64,000 bases of DNA from a bacterium (GTDB taxonomy: Bacteria; Zhuqueibacterota; Zhuqueibacteria; Oceanimicrobiales; Oceanimicrobiaceae), in contig JBBIIG010000001.1 of NCBI GenBank assembly GCA_037446635.1, positions 163,268 to 227,267 of the forward strand. The letters are read 5' to 3'. A model generated the notes under the pieces. That model was not told where the DNA came from, searched no databases, and saw nothing but the letters and a program-made list of their open reading frames with translations. Positions 39,011 to 49,323 of this stretch are shown in pieces. Position 1 is the stretch's first letter. Every line of letters begins with the position of its first letter. Made by a program: the position numbers and the translations under genes.

Positions 39011-40309
39011 ATGGATCTCCGAGACAAGCTGCGCCAAATTGAATCGGCGCGCCTCAAAAGGCCGGCCGCGAGCGGGCCCGAGGTGCGCAGTTTGTCTTAT
39101 TCCGCCAATTTTGAAGTTGGCAGCGTCCTCACCGGCGATGAAATGCCAACCCCCTTCGGCGCCTTTTTCTGCTACCGAAAGGATTGCCCGGCAAATTATC
39201 GCCACGGCAGCATTGAAATTTCCACCCTTCTTTCCAAGCGCTCCGAGCTGCTGGGCGTGATCGGGCAAAACCCGGCTCTCGCCAATCTCGATCTAAAAAA
39301 AATCCTTTTCTTTGACACAGAAACCACCGGCATTTCCGGCGGCGCTGGCATGTTGGCGTTTTTAATCGGGCTGGGATATTTCACGGACGACGGCTTCACG
39401 GTGGTGCAGTTTTTTTTAGACGAGGTCCAAGACGAGCGCGCCCTGCTTTACGAATTCAACAACCTGCTCGCAAACTGTGAGCTGGTGGTGAGCTACAACG
39501 GCAAATCGTTCGATGCGCCGCTGCTCGAAACCCGCAACATTTTTCACCGCCTCCATAACCGCTTAAGCCAGCTCCCCCACCTCGATCTTTTACATTGCGC
39601 CCGCAGACTGTGGCGGCAGGCGCTGCCGGACTGCGCCCTCACCACCATCGAAGCGCAAATTTTGAGGCACCAACGTTTAGGCGACATCCCCAGCTTTTTG
39701 ATCCCGCATCTCTATTTTGATTATCTGCGCGCCCGCGACGCCCGTCCGCTGCTGCCGGTTTTTTACCACAATCAGCAGGACGTGCTGGCGATGGCGGCGC
39801 TGCTGGTTAAGCTGTGCAATTTGTTTGAAAACCCGTTTGAGGAAGCGGAGGCGCCAGCGGTGATTATATCGTTGGCAAAAATTTTTGAGAACCTCTTTCA
39901 GCACGAGCGCGCAATTGAATTGTACAACCAACTGCTGCAAACCCAACTCGAAACCAATCTGCGGCGGGAAGCGCTGATGCGCCTGGCCTTTGGTTACAAA
40001 CGAATGGGGGATTGGCCGCAGGCGGCGCAGGCGTGGAAGCGCTATTTAAGCGGCGAATCCTTCCACCCGCTCCCCTATATCGAGTTGGCCAAATACTACG
40101 AACACCGGCAGCAGCGGCTCGACCAAGCGAAGACCTTGGTGGAAAAAGCGTTGACGGAGGTGCAGATCATCGAAGGGTTGGGAAGAAAAAACGATTGGCT
40201 GGTTTACAAAGAAGATCTGGAATACCGCCGCAAACGGCTGATCAGAAAATTACACGCGCGCCGTCCATCCCCGGCCTGCGCGCCGCTGCTCGACGTTAGC
40301 AGCGAATAG
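39011..40309 (+). CDS. YprB-type RNase H-like exonuclease domain protein with C-terminal TPR-like repeats
   Basis: 432 aa. ILFFDTETTG and SYNGKSFDAPLLE motifs. Helical-repeat C-terminus. Confidence 0.8.
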   Translation: MDLRDKLRQIESARLKRPAASGPEVRSLSYSANFEVGSVLTGDEMPTPFGAFFCYRKDCPANYRHGSIEISTLLSKRSELLGVIGQNPALANLDLKKILFFDTETTGISGGAGMLAFLIGLGYFTDDGFTVVQFFLDEVQDERALLYEFNNLLANCELVVSYNGKSFDAPLLETRNIFHRLHNRLSQLPHLDLLHCARRLWRQALPDCALTTIEAQILRHQRLGDIPSFLIPHLYFDYLRARDARPLLPVFYHNQQDVLAMAALLVKLCNLFENPFEEAEAPAVIISLAKIFENLFQHERAIELYNQLLQTQLETNLRREALMRLAFGYKRMGDWPQAAQAWKRYLSGESFHPLPYIELAKYYEHRQQRLDQAKTLVEKALTEVQIIEGLGRKNDWLVYKEDLEYRRKRLIRKLHARRPSPACAPLLDVSSE

Positions 40310-40311
40310 CA

Positions 40312-41859
40312 TCAATTGCGTTCCGCGGCGCCATTGGTCATCACGCGATTTTTGCTCATCCCAATCTCAAGATCAACATACTCCCCTTTCCTCACTTTAA
40401 CATTGGGAATGATTTTCGTGGCGTAGTCCGCGCTGCGAATTTCAACGGTATAACTTCCGGGGGAAACCACCCGATAAAACCCTCCGAAGTCGGCGTCGGT
40501 CTTTCGAGAGGCGACGTAATCGGAGGCGTACTCCAGCACCTCAATCTCGGCGGCCAGCGGCGCCTTGGTTTTGGCGTCGAAGACGTGGCCGCGAATGCCG
40601 GTTTCCAGAACTCGGTCCAAAAGATAAAACGCGCCGTTCTGATTTTCCTGCACAATAAACGGGATGCTCTCTTCGGCGGGGAAATATTCGTTTCCCACTT
40701 CGATGATGAAATCGATCACCCGCAGTTGGCCGTACATCCAAATGGAGCTTTGCCCGACGCGCCCGTTGAGGGGCAAAATCGAATAGCGGCCGCGCCCGGA
40801 TTGCCGACGAATGTTGGCCGCCATCTCGCTGGCAATGGTCACAATCAAATCGATATCTGGCGGACGCTTGTAGTTGCCCCACGGAAAAAGAATCGACTCG
40901 CCGTAGCTGTGGTAGGAGACGCCGAACACGAAATTTTCGCGAATGGCCAAATTCATAATCGCGCGGGTTTCGTTTTCCGAAAACGGCAGCCGGCCGCGAT
41001 AAAACCAACTGCCGGGTTTGCCGTCGCCGCCGTCGCCCCAATTATAATCGTAATTGCGGTTCAAATCCACGCCATCGACCAGCGGATTGAACACGCCATC
41101 GCCGTCGTTGTCGCGCAAATTTTTTCGCCACCACGGGAACGACAAATTGTTTTCCATCACATATTTGTAGCCGTCGGGGTTCACCACCGGCACAAACCAG
41201 ATTTCGATGTTATCAACCCAGCGGGTGATTTGATCGTCGTGGCCATATTTTTCGCAAAGGGTGTTGATAATTTTAAAGCAAATGTTGGCGCCAATGGGTT
41301 CGCGCGCGTGATGCACACCGGCAAAGAAAACTCGCGGCTCGTCTTCGCGCGTGCGGGCGTTATCAGATATTTTGATGGCCCAGATGGGCAGGCGCAGCGT
41401 CGTGCTTTCCCCGATCTTCTCAACCAAAACCAGGTGCGGATATTTCGATTTGAGGGATTGGATATCGTCTTCGATTTCCAAGTGGGTTCTGTAGGAAGGT
41501 GGAATTGAAAAATTGCGCCGCGGCGAGTTGGAGTGCACCGTAACCAGAAAGCCGCTGTTTTTGATTCGCGCCAGCTCGTTTTCGGAAACAACGGCGTCGA
41601 TATATTTTCCGCCATTACGGCTTTTAATTTTTAAATCGAATTTTTTTAGGCGCAGGGTATCGCGCGGACCGGGCGTAAAAATTCGCACATCAATCTCGTT
41701 CTCTCCGCTTCTTGCATAAAGCGTGGTCAATAAAATGTAGCCCGAAATGAGGGCCAGCAGACTTAAAAGAAACGTCCGCAACGAATGCAGTGCATGATCC
41801 TTCATACAAGTCGTCTGGTTTGTTAATGAGGAAATTTCGTTTACTACTTTTTTAAACAA
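40312..41859 (-). CDS. M14 family zinc carboxypeptidase with C-terminal CarboxypepD_reg-like domain
   Basis: 515 aa. GVHHAREP (HxxE zinc ligands), VVNPDGY, SYHSYGE. N-terminal TM/signal anchor. Confidence 0.88.
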   Translation of the reverse strand: MFKKVVNEISSLTNQTTCMKDHALHSLRTFLLSLLALISGYILLTTLYARSGENEIDVRIFTPGPRDTLRLKKFDLKIKSRNGGKYIDAVVSENELARIKNSGFLVTVHSNSPRRNFSIPPSYRTHLEIEDDIQSLKSKYPHLVLVEKIGESTTLRLPIWAIKISDNARTREDEPRVFFAGVHHAREPIGANICFKIINTLCEKYGHDDQITRWVDNIEIWFVPVVNPDGYKYVMENNLSFPWWRKNLRDNDGDGVFNPLVDGVDLNRNYDYNWGDGGDGKPGSWFYRGRLPFSENETRAIMNLAIRENFVFGVSYHSYGESILFPWGNYKRPPDIDLIVTIASEMAANIRRQSGRGRYSILPLNGRVGQSSIWMYGQLRVIDFIIEVGNEYFPAEESIPFIVQENQNGAFYLLDRVLETGIRGHVFDAKTKAPLAAEIEVLEYASDYVASRKTDADFGGFYRVVSPGSYTVEIRSADYATKIIPNVKVRKGEYVDLEIGMSKNRVMTNGAAERN

Positions 41860-41890
41860 CTCAGAGCTTTTACAAAATTCCGAAGAGAAA

Positions 41891-43414
41891 TTAGAGCATG
41901 TTAAAAATGCTGGCGGAATGGTTGCGCAAGAAATCGAACAACCAACGCCAATAGACGCCCAGCACCAGGGTAGGAATAACCAAAACCGAAAGCAGAACTA
42001 CGTAATACGGAGATACTGCTATTTTTGAAGTTGTTTGGCCTTCCGAGCTTTCAAAAAACATTGCCTTCAAAATCCGCGCGTAGTAATAAAGTGAAATAAC
42101 GCTGTTAATGATTCCAATCACAGCCAAAAAATAATGAAACGACTCACCACGTTGAACCAAAGATGCAAACAGATAAAACTTGCCGACAAATCCACCCGTT
42201 GGCGGCAAACCAGTGAGAGAAAATAAAAATACCCCCATGGCGACAGCAGGAATCGGCGCGCGCCAGGCCAGACCTTTGTAATCGTTGATGCTTTCGCTGC
42301 GCAGCAAATCCTGGTTGATGATCACCACCAGAAACGCGCCGAGATTCATCAGGTAATATACCGTCAAATAAAACAGAGTTGCGGAAACGCCCAACTCACT
42401 GAGAACAACCACGCCCATGAGGGCGTAGCCGGCGTGGGCGATGCTGGAATACGCCAGCAGCCGCTTGACATTGTTCTGCATGATGGCGATCAAATTCCCG
42501 AGCGTCATGGTGGCGGCGGAGATCATCGCCAGCAGTTGCGGCCAGTTCAAACCGGAGAGCGCAAACCAGGCTTCCGAGTCGCCGTTGGTTCCACTTTCGA
42601 TTAGCGACACATTAAAGAAGCGCAGCAAAACCGCAAAGCCGGCGGCCTTCGGGCCCACCGAAAGCAGTGCCGTGATCGGAGTCGGCGCGCCTTCGTAAAC
42701 ATCGGGCGCCCAAAAGTGAAATGGCACGGCAGAAATTTTGTAACCGAATCCGGCCAGCATCAACAAAACTGCAATAAACAACGTTAACGGCTCGGGAGAA
42801 GTTGAATTGAGGATGCGGCTGATTTCATAAATGTTGAACGTCCCCGTCAAGCCGTAAATCAAAGACATTCCGTAGAGCATCAGGCCGGAAGAGAACGCTC
42901 CGTAGATGGCATATTTTAAGCCGGCCTCGCTGGAGCGGCGGCGGGTTTTCAAATAGGTGGCGAGGATGAACGACACCACGCTCACCATTTCAATCGAGAT
43001 AAAAATCGTCAAAAGATTGGTGGCCGATGCCATCAAAAACATGCCTAACGTCAGCGCAACAATCAACGTGAAATATTCGCCCACCGGACGGCCAGACAAT
43101 TCCACCGAGCCAATCGAAAGGAAAATTGCAAACACGCTCGAGGCGAGAAAGAGTATCTTAAAAAAGAAGGCAAACGGATCCACCACTAACATGTCGCTGA
43201 AAATGGTACGACTGCCCATTTGGTACTGACCTAACACCGCCACGAACGCCGCGAGCAACCCCGCCAACGCAATGACCGACGTCCATGCCGAGCGCTCGCT
43301 CTTCAATAGCAAATCGGCGATGATCAAAACCAGAATCACGCCCGTGAGAATCAGCTCGGGCACAAAATAACTCAGACTGCCGATGTTGTGTTGGATGATA
43401 GTCGAATAGTCCAT
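41891..43414 (-). CDS. nuoN: NADH-quinone oxidoreductase subunit N
   Basis: Polytopic antiporter-like subunit. Start at MDYSTIIQ (ATG 43414), 1 nt after the nuoM stop. Position last in the array. Confidence 0.9.
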   Translation of the reverse strand: MDYSTIIQHNIGSLSYFVPELILTGVILVLIIADLLLKSERSAWTSVIALAGLLAAFVAVLGQYQMGSRTIFSDMLVVDPFAFFFKILFLASSVFAIFLSIGSVELSGRPVGEYFTLIVALTLGMFLMASATNLLTIFISIEMVSVVSFILATYLKTRRRSSEAGLKYAIYGAFSSGLMLYGMSLIYGLTGTFNIYEISRILNSTSPEPLTLFIAVLLMLAGFGYKISAVPFHFWAPDVYEGAPTPITALLSVGPKAAGFAVLLRFFNVSLIESGTNGDSEAWFALSGLNWPQLLAMISAATMTLGNLIAIMQNNVKRLLAYSSIAHAGYALMGVVVLSELGVSATLFYLTVYYLMNLGAFLVVIINQDLLRSESINDYKGLAWRAPIPAVAMGVFLFSLTGLPPTGGFVGKFYLFASLVQRGESFHYFLAVIGIINSVISLYYYARILKAMFFESSEGQTTSKIAVSPYYVVLLSVLVIPTLVLGVYWRWLFDFLRNHSASIFNML

Positions 43415-43415
43415 G

Positions 43416-44990
43416 TTATTGCAAACCCAGCAAAGAACCGGTTCCTGTTGCGGCAACAACTTCAACCAGATTATTCAACGAAACTTTGATCAAATTCAAA
43501 AGCGGCGCCGGATACACACCCAGAATGATAATGATCACCGCCAGCGGAATCAGCGTGAACAACTCGCGGCCATTGATCTCCGGCAGCTCCGCGTATTTGG
43601 GATTGAGCTGTCCGAGAAACATGCGCTGGAACGTCCACAGGAAATAGCCCGCGGTCAGCACGATTCCCAAAGTGGATACAATTGTGATGGCCTTGAGGTT
43701 GAACAGGGTCGAACCGAAGGCGCCGAGGAACGAAAACGCTTCGCTGATGAAACTGGAGAGTCCGGGCAACCCGAGTCCGGCGAAGAACGCCACACTCACC
43801 ACGGCGGCGTAAATCGGCATGCGCACCGCCAGCCCGCCGAAGCCGTCGATTTGCCGGTGGTGGGCGCGATCGTAAATGACGCCTACCAAAAGGAATAACA
43901 TTGCGGTGCCGGTGCCGTGATTAAACATCTGCATCACCGCACCGTTCATTCCCAGCGAAGTCAGGCCGGACATGCCCAAGAGCACAATTCCCATGTGGCT
44001 GATACTGGAATACGCCACAAGCTTTTTCAGATCCTTTTGCGCCATGGCGCACAGCGCGCCATAGACGATGTTGATCAACCCTAAAATTGCCATACCGTAA
44101 GCGAAGTATTCGTACTTCATGGCGTCGGGCAGCATGGGGAAACTGATGCGCAGCATGCCGTAGGTTCCCATCTTCAGCAGCACGCCGGCCAGAATCACGC
44201 TGATGGCGGTAGGAGCTTCGACGTGGGCATCCGGGAGCCACGTGTGGAACGGAAACACCGGCACTTTGATCGCGAAGCCAATGAAGAGCGCAACGTAAAT
44301 CAACAACCGAATATTGAACACGTTGAGCAGCCCGCCGTGATTATTCTGATCCATCATATGAAGCATGTTGAAAGTGTGGCCGCCGGTCACCGGATCGGTG
44401 ACATTAAAATAAAACACCAGCATCGCCAGCAGCATCAGCACGCTGCCGAACAGCGTGTAGAGGAAGAACTTGATCGCCGCGTACGGGCCGCCGCGCACCA
44501 TGCCGTCTTCATCTTTGCGCGAGGGGCTGCCCCAGATGCCGATGAGAAAATACATCGGCAGCAGCATCACTTCCCAGAAAATATAGAACAGGAAAAAGTC
44601 CAGCGCGCAGAACACGCCCATCATGCCGGTGTCCAACAGCAGGAACATCGCGAAATAGCCCTTCACTCCTTTGTCGATGCCCCATGACGCGAAGATGCAG
44701 AGAAACGAAAGCAGCGCGGTGAGCAACACCATGGGCACGCTCAGACCGTCGATGCCCATGAAGTACTCAATGTTAAAAGAAGGAATCCACTGGTACTGCT
44801 CGCGGAATTGAATGGCCGTGGTGCCGCGATCGAAATTCAAAAACAGCCAAACTGCCAGCAGCAATTGCAGGCCGGTGAAAACCGCCGCAATGATGCGAAT
44901 GACATTTTTGTTTTCTTTCGGCACTGGAAGGATAAACAAAATACCGGCGATGGGCAAAAACGTAATCAGGGTTAAAACATGATTCTCCAT
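43416..44990 (-). CDS. nuoM: NADH-quinone oxidoreductase subunit M
   Basis: 524 aa. Typical FHTWLPDAHVEAPT motif. Confidence 0.93.
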   Translation of the reverse strand: MENHVLTLITFLPIAGILFILPVPKENKNVIRIIAAVFTGLQLLLAVWLFLNFDRGTTAIQFREQYQWIPSFNIEYFMGIDGLSVPMVLLTALLSFLCIFASWGIDKGVKGYFAMFLLLDTGMMGVFCALDFFLFYIFWEVMLLPMYFLIGIWGSPSRKDEDGMVRGGPYAAIKFFLYTLFGSVLMLLAMLVFYFNVTDPVTGGHTFNMLHMMDQNNHGGLLNVFNIRLLIYVALFIGFAIKVPVFPFHTWLPDAHVEAPTAISVILAGVLLKMGTYGMLRISFPMLPDAMKYEYFAYGMAILGLINIVYGALCAMAQKDLKKLVAYSSISHMGIVLLGMSGLTSLGMNGAVMQMFNHGTGTAMLFLLVGVIYDRAHHRQIDGFGGLAVRMPIYAAVVSVAFFAGLGLPGLSSFISEAFSFLGAFGSTLFNLKAITIVSTLGIVLTAGYFLWTFQRMFLGQLNPKYAELPEINGRELFTLIPLAVIIIILGVYPAPLLNLIKVSLNNLVEVVAATGTGSLLGLQ

Positions 44991-45017
44991 GTTTGAATTT
45001 CCTCTTTCCTAACGTGA

Positions 45018-45075
45018 AACTCTGACAGGGTTTTGAACTTCCAAAACTTTGACCGTCCTAAACCCTGTCAGAGTT
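45018..45075. repeat. Perfect 16-bp inverted repeat with 26-nt spacer in the nuoM-nuoL spacer
   Basis: AACTCTGACAGGGTTT (45018..45033) and AAACCCTGTCAGAGTT (45060..45075). Confidence 0.8.
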
Positions 45076-45082
45076 ATTGGTT

Positions 45083-47065
45083 TCATAACAGCTGAATGAT
45101 CGAAATCACCACCACCACAAACAGCGCCATCAAGATGTAACTCTGCACGCGGCCAGTTTGCAACTCGCGCAATTGCGCCCCAAAGAATTGGATCGTCCGT
45201 CCAACCCAATTCACCAGGCCATCGACGATGCGCAGATCGTGCCAGCCGCCCGCAAACGAGAGCTTGGCGGTCCAACGCGCAACACCATTCACCACGCCAT
45301 CGATGATACGCAAATCGAACCAACCGGAAACCCGGCTGAGGAGCAGCGTGCCGGCGATCGCCGTGGCGCTGTACATTTCGTCAAAATAGTATTTGTTCCA
45401 AAGTAAATTGTAAACCGGGCGCAGACGACTGCCCCATGCCTCGGCGGAAATTTTCTTCCAATAGTAAGTCGCGGTGGAAATCAGAATTCCCAAACCGGCG
45501 ATCAGAATGGAAAGAATCAGCGCGAGGTTGTGAGCCGAATGCGCGACCTCGTGGCCGGCTTCGTGCGCCGGCTCGACCGCCGCTGCTACCGTCGCATACG
45601 CCGCTAAATCCGGCTTCGCCACCAAATGCTCGTACCAGCCCCACCAGATTGTGCCCACCGAGAAAACCGCCAGCACCGTCAACGGAATCGTCATCACTTT
45701 GGGCGACTCGTGGGCATGCTCGTATTTGTGATGATCGCGGGCTTCGCCAAAAAATGTCAAGTAAACTAAGCGGAACATGTAAAACGCCGTGATGCCCGCG
45801 GACAAAAACATGATCACAGGGATGATGAAATGACTCGGGTGCAGCATCCCGAATTCCAGCGTCGAGGCGAGGATGGCGTCTTTGCTCCAAAATCCGGACA
45901 GCGGCGGCACGCCGGAAATCGCCAGCGTGGCGATCAGAAATGTCCAGAAGGTAATAGGCATTTTCTTTTTGAGGCCGCCCATCTCGGTCATATCCTGCGT
46001 GTGCACGGCGTGGATGACGCTGCCGGAACCGAGGAACAACAGCGCTTTGAAAAATGCGTGAGTGGTGAGATGAAAAAGTCCCGCGGTGTAGCCGCCGGTA
46101 CCAAGTCCTACCATCATGTAGCCGAGCTGGCTGATGGTGGAATAGGCCAGCACGCGTTTGATGTCCGTTTGCACGATGGCGATGGTCGCGGCCATAAACG
46201 CGGTGATGGTGCCGATGTACGCGATGAACAGCAGCGCCTCCGCGGTGAAGAAAACGAAGATGCGGCCTACGAGGTAAACGCCCGCGGCCACCATCGTCGC
46301 GGCGTGAATGAGCGCGCTGACGGGCGTGGGGCCTTCCATCGCGTCCGGCAGCCAAACGTGCAGCGGAAATTGCGCGGACTTGCCGATGGCGCCGCCGAAG
46401 AGTAACAAGCCGGTTGCGGTCAACAGGCCGCCGGCGAGTTTGCCGTCAGCGACGCCGCGAAAGACGTCTTCGAATTTGAAGACACCAAGCGTTGTAAATA
46501 AAATCAAAATGCCGACGAACATGCAGATGTCGCCGATGCGATTGGTGATGAACGCTTTCTTGCCGGCATTCGCCGCGGAATCTTTTTCAAACCAGAAACC
46601 GATGAGCAGATAGGAACAAAGTCCGACCAATTCCCAGAAAACGTAGATGCCCAAAAAATTATCGACGAGGACGAGGCCGAGCATGGAGAACGAAAACAAC
46701 GCGAGGTAGGCGAAGTAGCGGCTGTAACGCGGGTCGCCGTGCATGTAGCCGATGGAGTAGAGATGAATCAGCGCGCTGATCAGAGTGACGACAATCAGCA
46801 TCACGGAGGTGAGATTGTCGATGTGAATTCCGAACGAAACGACCACCGGCCCGAAGTTGATCCACTCCCAACTGGCTTGGATTTTGAAATTGGGATCGTA
46901 TGCTGAGAGTGATTGGAAGAAAATTGGCACCGCAAACAGGAAAGCGGCGAACATCGCGCCGGTGGGCAGCCACGCGCCCTGTTTCGGCAGCCGCTTGCCG
47001 ATAAAAATCTGAATCGTGAAAGCCGCGAGCGGAAGAAGTAAAATGATGATGGCGTTGGTTATCAT
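45083..47065 (-). CDS. nuoL: NADH-quinone oxidoreductase subunit L
   Basis: 660 aa. PLHVWLPDAMEGPTPVSALIHAATMV. C-terminal extension typical of NuoL. Confidence 0.93.
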   Translation of the reverse strand: MITNAIIILLLPLAAFTIQIFIGKRLPKQGAWLPTGAMFAAFLFAVPIFFQSLSAYDPNFKIQASWEWINFGPVVVSFGIHIDNLTSVMLIVVTLISALIHLYSIGYMHGDPRYSRYFAYLALFSFSMLGLVLVDNFLGIYVFWELVGLCSYLLIGFWFEKDSAANAGKKAFITNRIGDICMFVGILILFTTLGVFKFEDVFRGVADGKLAGGLLTATGLLLFGGAIGKSAQFPLHVWLPDAMEGPTPVSALIHAATMVAAGVYLVGRIFVFFTAEALLFIAYIGTITAFMAATIAIVQTDIKRVLAYSTISQLGYMMVGLGTGGYTAGLFHLTTHAFFKALLFLGSGSVIHAVHTQDMTEMGGLKKKMPITFWTFLIATLAISGVPPLSGFWSKDAILASTLEFGMLHPSHFIIPVIMFLSAGITAFYMFRLVYLTFFGEARDHHKYEHAHESPKVMTIPLTVLAVFSVGTIWWGWYEHLVAKPDLAAYATVAAAVEPAHEAGHEVAHSAHNLALILSILIAGLGILISTATYYWKKISAEAWGSRLRPVYNLLWNKYYFDEMYSATAIAGTLLLSRVSGWFDLRIIDGVVNGVARWTAKLSFAGGWHDLRIVDGLVNWVGRTIQFFGAQLRELQTGRVQSYILMALFVVVVISIIQLL

Positions 47066-47189
47066 ATTTTTCAGTATTGAAATCTCTTTTTAGTGCGTGT
47101 CGTTTCGAGCGAAGCGGAGTCGAGGAACCTGATGAAAGTGTATACCGCAAATCCGCTCATAACTATTTTTGCGTGATCCATTCATTGCC

Positions 47190-47230
47190 TCATTTCTCAC
47201 CTCGACAAAAAACGTCGAGGTGAGAAATGA
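47190..47230. repeat. Perfect 17-bp-stem hairpin in the 217-bp nuoK-nuoL spacer
   Basis: TCATTTCTCACCTCGAC aaaaaac GTCGAGGTGAGAAATGA. Confidence 0.8.
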
Positions 47231-47240
47231 CAAACTCACA

Positions 47241-47274
47241 GACGTTTACGAAACCTTGAAGGTTTAGTAAACGT
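47241..47274. repeat. Hairpin of the GACGTTTAC...GTAAA family (copy 1)
   Basis: ACGTTTACGAAACC ttgaa GGTTTAGTAAACGT (14-bp stem, 1 mismatch). Sequence-related to 56125..56158. Confidence 0.7.
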
Positions 47275-47282
47275 GTCCTCTG

Positions 47283-47594
47283 CTATCTTGCCAGCGAATC
47301 GGCCTCATCCAAATTGATGGATTTGAGCCGCTCGTACAAATTCAACACAATCGCCAGCGCCACGGCTGCTGCTGCCGCTGCGGTAACGATCACAAATACC
47401 GCAAACACTTGGCCGTCGAGATCGGTATCTACGAAACGCGCGAAGGCGATGAAGTTGATGTTCGCCGCGTTCAAAATCAGCTCGATGCCCATGAGCACGG
47501 TGACGGCGTTTTTCTTGGTGATCACGCACAGCAGTCCCAGCGAAAACAGCACGGCGCTCAGCGCCAAATAATGCGTCAAGCCAATCGAGCTCAT
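47283..47594 (-). CDS. nuoK: NADH-quinone oxidoreductase subunit K
   Basis: 103 aa, three TM helices. ATGA overlap with nuoJ. Confidence 0.93.
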   Translation of the reverse strand: MSSIGLTHYLALSAVLFSLGLLCVITKKNAVTVLMGIELILNAANINFIAFARFVDTDLDGQVFAVFVIVTAAAAAAVALAIVLNLYERLKSINLDEADSLAR

Positions 47595-48088
47595 CCTCTC
47601 TCCTTCCGCGCGATGAACGCCGCGCCAATCAACGCGGCGAGCAACAGCACCGAAACGATTTCAAACGGAATCAAATAATCGGTCATAAAGTGTGTGCCCA
47701 ATTTGGCGGAGGTGGGATTGAATTCCGCGGGCGCGTACGATGCCCACGGCGTTTTATACACCATCCGCAGCAGCACCGCCAGCACACCAGCCACCACCAC
47801 CAAAGCCGGCAGCAGTTGCAGCGTGCCGGTGCGCATTTCGATGTTGGTGATGCGCTGCGTCAGCATTACGCCGAACACCAGAAGAATGAGAATCCCGCCA
47901 ACATAAACCAGAATTTGCACCACCGCCACAAAATCCGCGGCCAGCAGAACATAAATTCCCGCCACCCCAAAAAACGCAAACAACAGCCCGACGGCCGAGT
48001 AAATGACGTTCCGCGAAAAAACCAGAACAAGTGCGGACACAACGGTCAACGCAGCCAGAGCGTAAAAAAAGAGGTCAAATAAGTTCAT
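47591..48088 (-). CDS. nuoJ: NADH-quinone oxidoreductase subunit J
   Basis: 165 aa. Typical NuoJ hydrophobic profile and position. Confidence 0.9.
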   Translation of the reverse strand: MNLFDLFFYALAALTVVSALVLVFSRNVIYSAVGLLFAFFGVAGIYVLLAADFVAVVQILVYVGGILILLVFGVMLTQRITNIEMRTGTLQLLPALVVVAGVLAVLLRMVYKTPWASYAPAEFNPTSAKLGTHFMTDYLIPFEIVSVLLLAALIGAAFIARKERG

Positions 48089-48107
48089 GGACTTAGCTTT
48101 TTTAAAT

Positions 48108-48250
48108 GGAATGGATCAATGGATCGTTGGATCAATGAATCAAAGTCAAGACTTGAGCATTGATCCATTAATCCACTACTCCATTACTCCACGTTCTAAG
48201 CAACTGAGATTCCATTAACGTAAGCTTTTCAAACTTGCGAAATTATTCAG
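48108..48250 (+). repeat. Intergenic repeat element, copy A (nuoJ-nuoH spacer)
   Basis: Shares CATTGATCCATTAATCCA (48158..48175) and CCATTACTCCACGTTCTAA (48181..48199), plus flanking similarity, with 52909..53047. Same orientation on the plus strand. Confidence 0.8.
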
Positions 48251-48251
48251 G

Positions 48252-49295
48252 TCAGAGTATCATATAGACTCCGACGCCCACAATCGCCACGAAGCCGAAC
48301 GGCAGCAGTACCTTCCAGCACACGTACATCAATTGATCGACGCGCACCCGCGGCAAAGTCCAGCGCAGCCACATTTGCACGAAGATCAAGAACGCGGCTT
48401 TAGCCACTATCCAGAAGATTTGAAACGGCCCCGAATTCAAGAAATTTCCAAACGGACTCGACCAGCCGCCGAGGAACAGGGTCGCGCCAATCACACCCAC
48501 CAAAAACATATTGGCGTATTCCGCGAGAAAAAACATCGCCCATTTCATGCCGCTGTACTCGGTATGAAAGCCGGCTACGATTTCGGACTCGGCTTCGGGG
48601 ATGTCGAATGGCGCGCGGTTGACTTCGGCCAGTGAAGCGACGAAATAAATAATGAACGCAATAAAATTGAACGGGAAAAATTGCCACACCAGCCACTTGT
48701 GAAATCCCCCCACTTGATAACTCACAATGGCGCCCAGATTCATGCTGCCAACGGTCATAATCGCGGCAAGCACCGCCAGCGTGGCCGGCACCTCGAAGCT
48801 CACCACCTGCGCCGCGGAGCGCATCGCGCCTAACAGCGACCACTTGTTATTCGATGCCCAGCCGGCCAAAATAATTCCCACCACCACAAACGAAGAGATG
48901 GCGATGACGTACAACACGCCCACGTTCAAATCGCTGGCAACGATGTTTTGACCAAAGGGCAAAACCGCAAACGCGGCAAGGGTGGCAGCGAAGACGATGA
49001 CCGGCGCCAACAGGTGCAGCTTTTTATCGGCGGCGGCGGGTACGATGTCTTCCTTCAGTAAAAGCTTGATAGCATCCGCGAAGGTTTGCACCACCCCATG
49101 CCATCCGACGTACATCGGGCCGAGGCGGTTCTGCATGTGCGCGGAAACTTTGCGCTCGGCATAGACGCCCACCAGTGCCAATACCGCAGCAAAAACAGTG
49201 AGCACCACCGCGCTCAACACCATGGCTAAAATAGTGAGAGTTGTAACGGAGAGGAACGACTGACGACTGGCTAACTCATTGATGAATTCTTGCAT
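48252..49295 (-). CDS. nuoH: NADH-quinone oxidoreductase subunit H
   Basis: 347 aa. [19 protein letters not shown] and [26 protein letters not shown]. Confidence 0.93.
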   Translation of the reverse strand: MQEFINELASRQSFLSVTTLTILAMVLSAVVLTVFAAVLALVGVYAERKVSAHMQNRLGPMYVGWHGVVQTFADAIKLLLKEDIVPAAADKKLHLLAPVIVFAATLAAFAVLPFGQNIVASDLNVGVLYVIAISSFVVVGIILAGWASNNKWSLLGAMRSAAQVVSFEVPATLAVLAAIMTVGSMNLGAIVSYQVGGFHKWLVWQFFPFNFIAFIIYFVASLAEVNRAPFDIPEAESEIVAGFHTEYSGMKWAMFFLAEYANMFLVGVIGATLFLGGWSSPFGNFLNSGPFQIFWIVAKAAFLIFVQMWLRWTLPRVRVDQLMYVCWKVLLPFGFVAIVGVGVYMIL

Positions 49296-49323
49296 CCGCG
49301 CTTCGGTCTTCCTTTCCCCTCAG

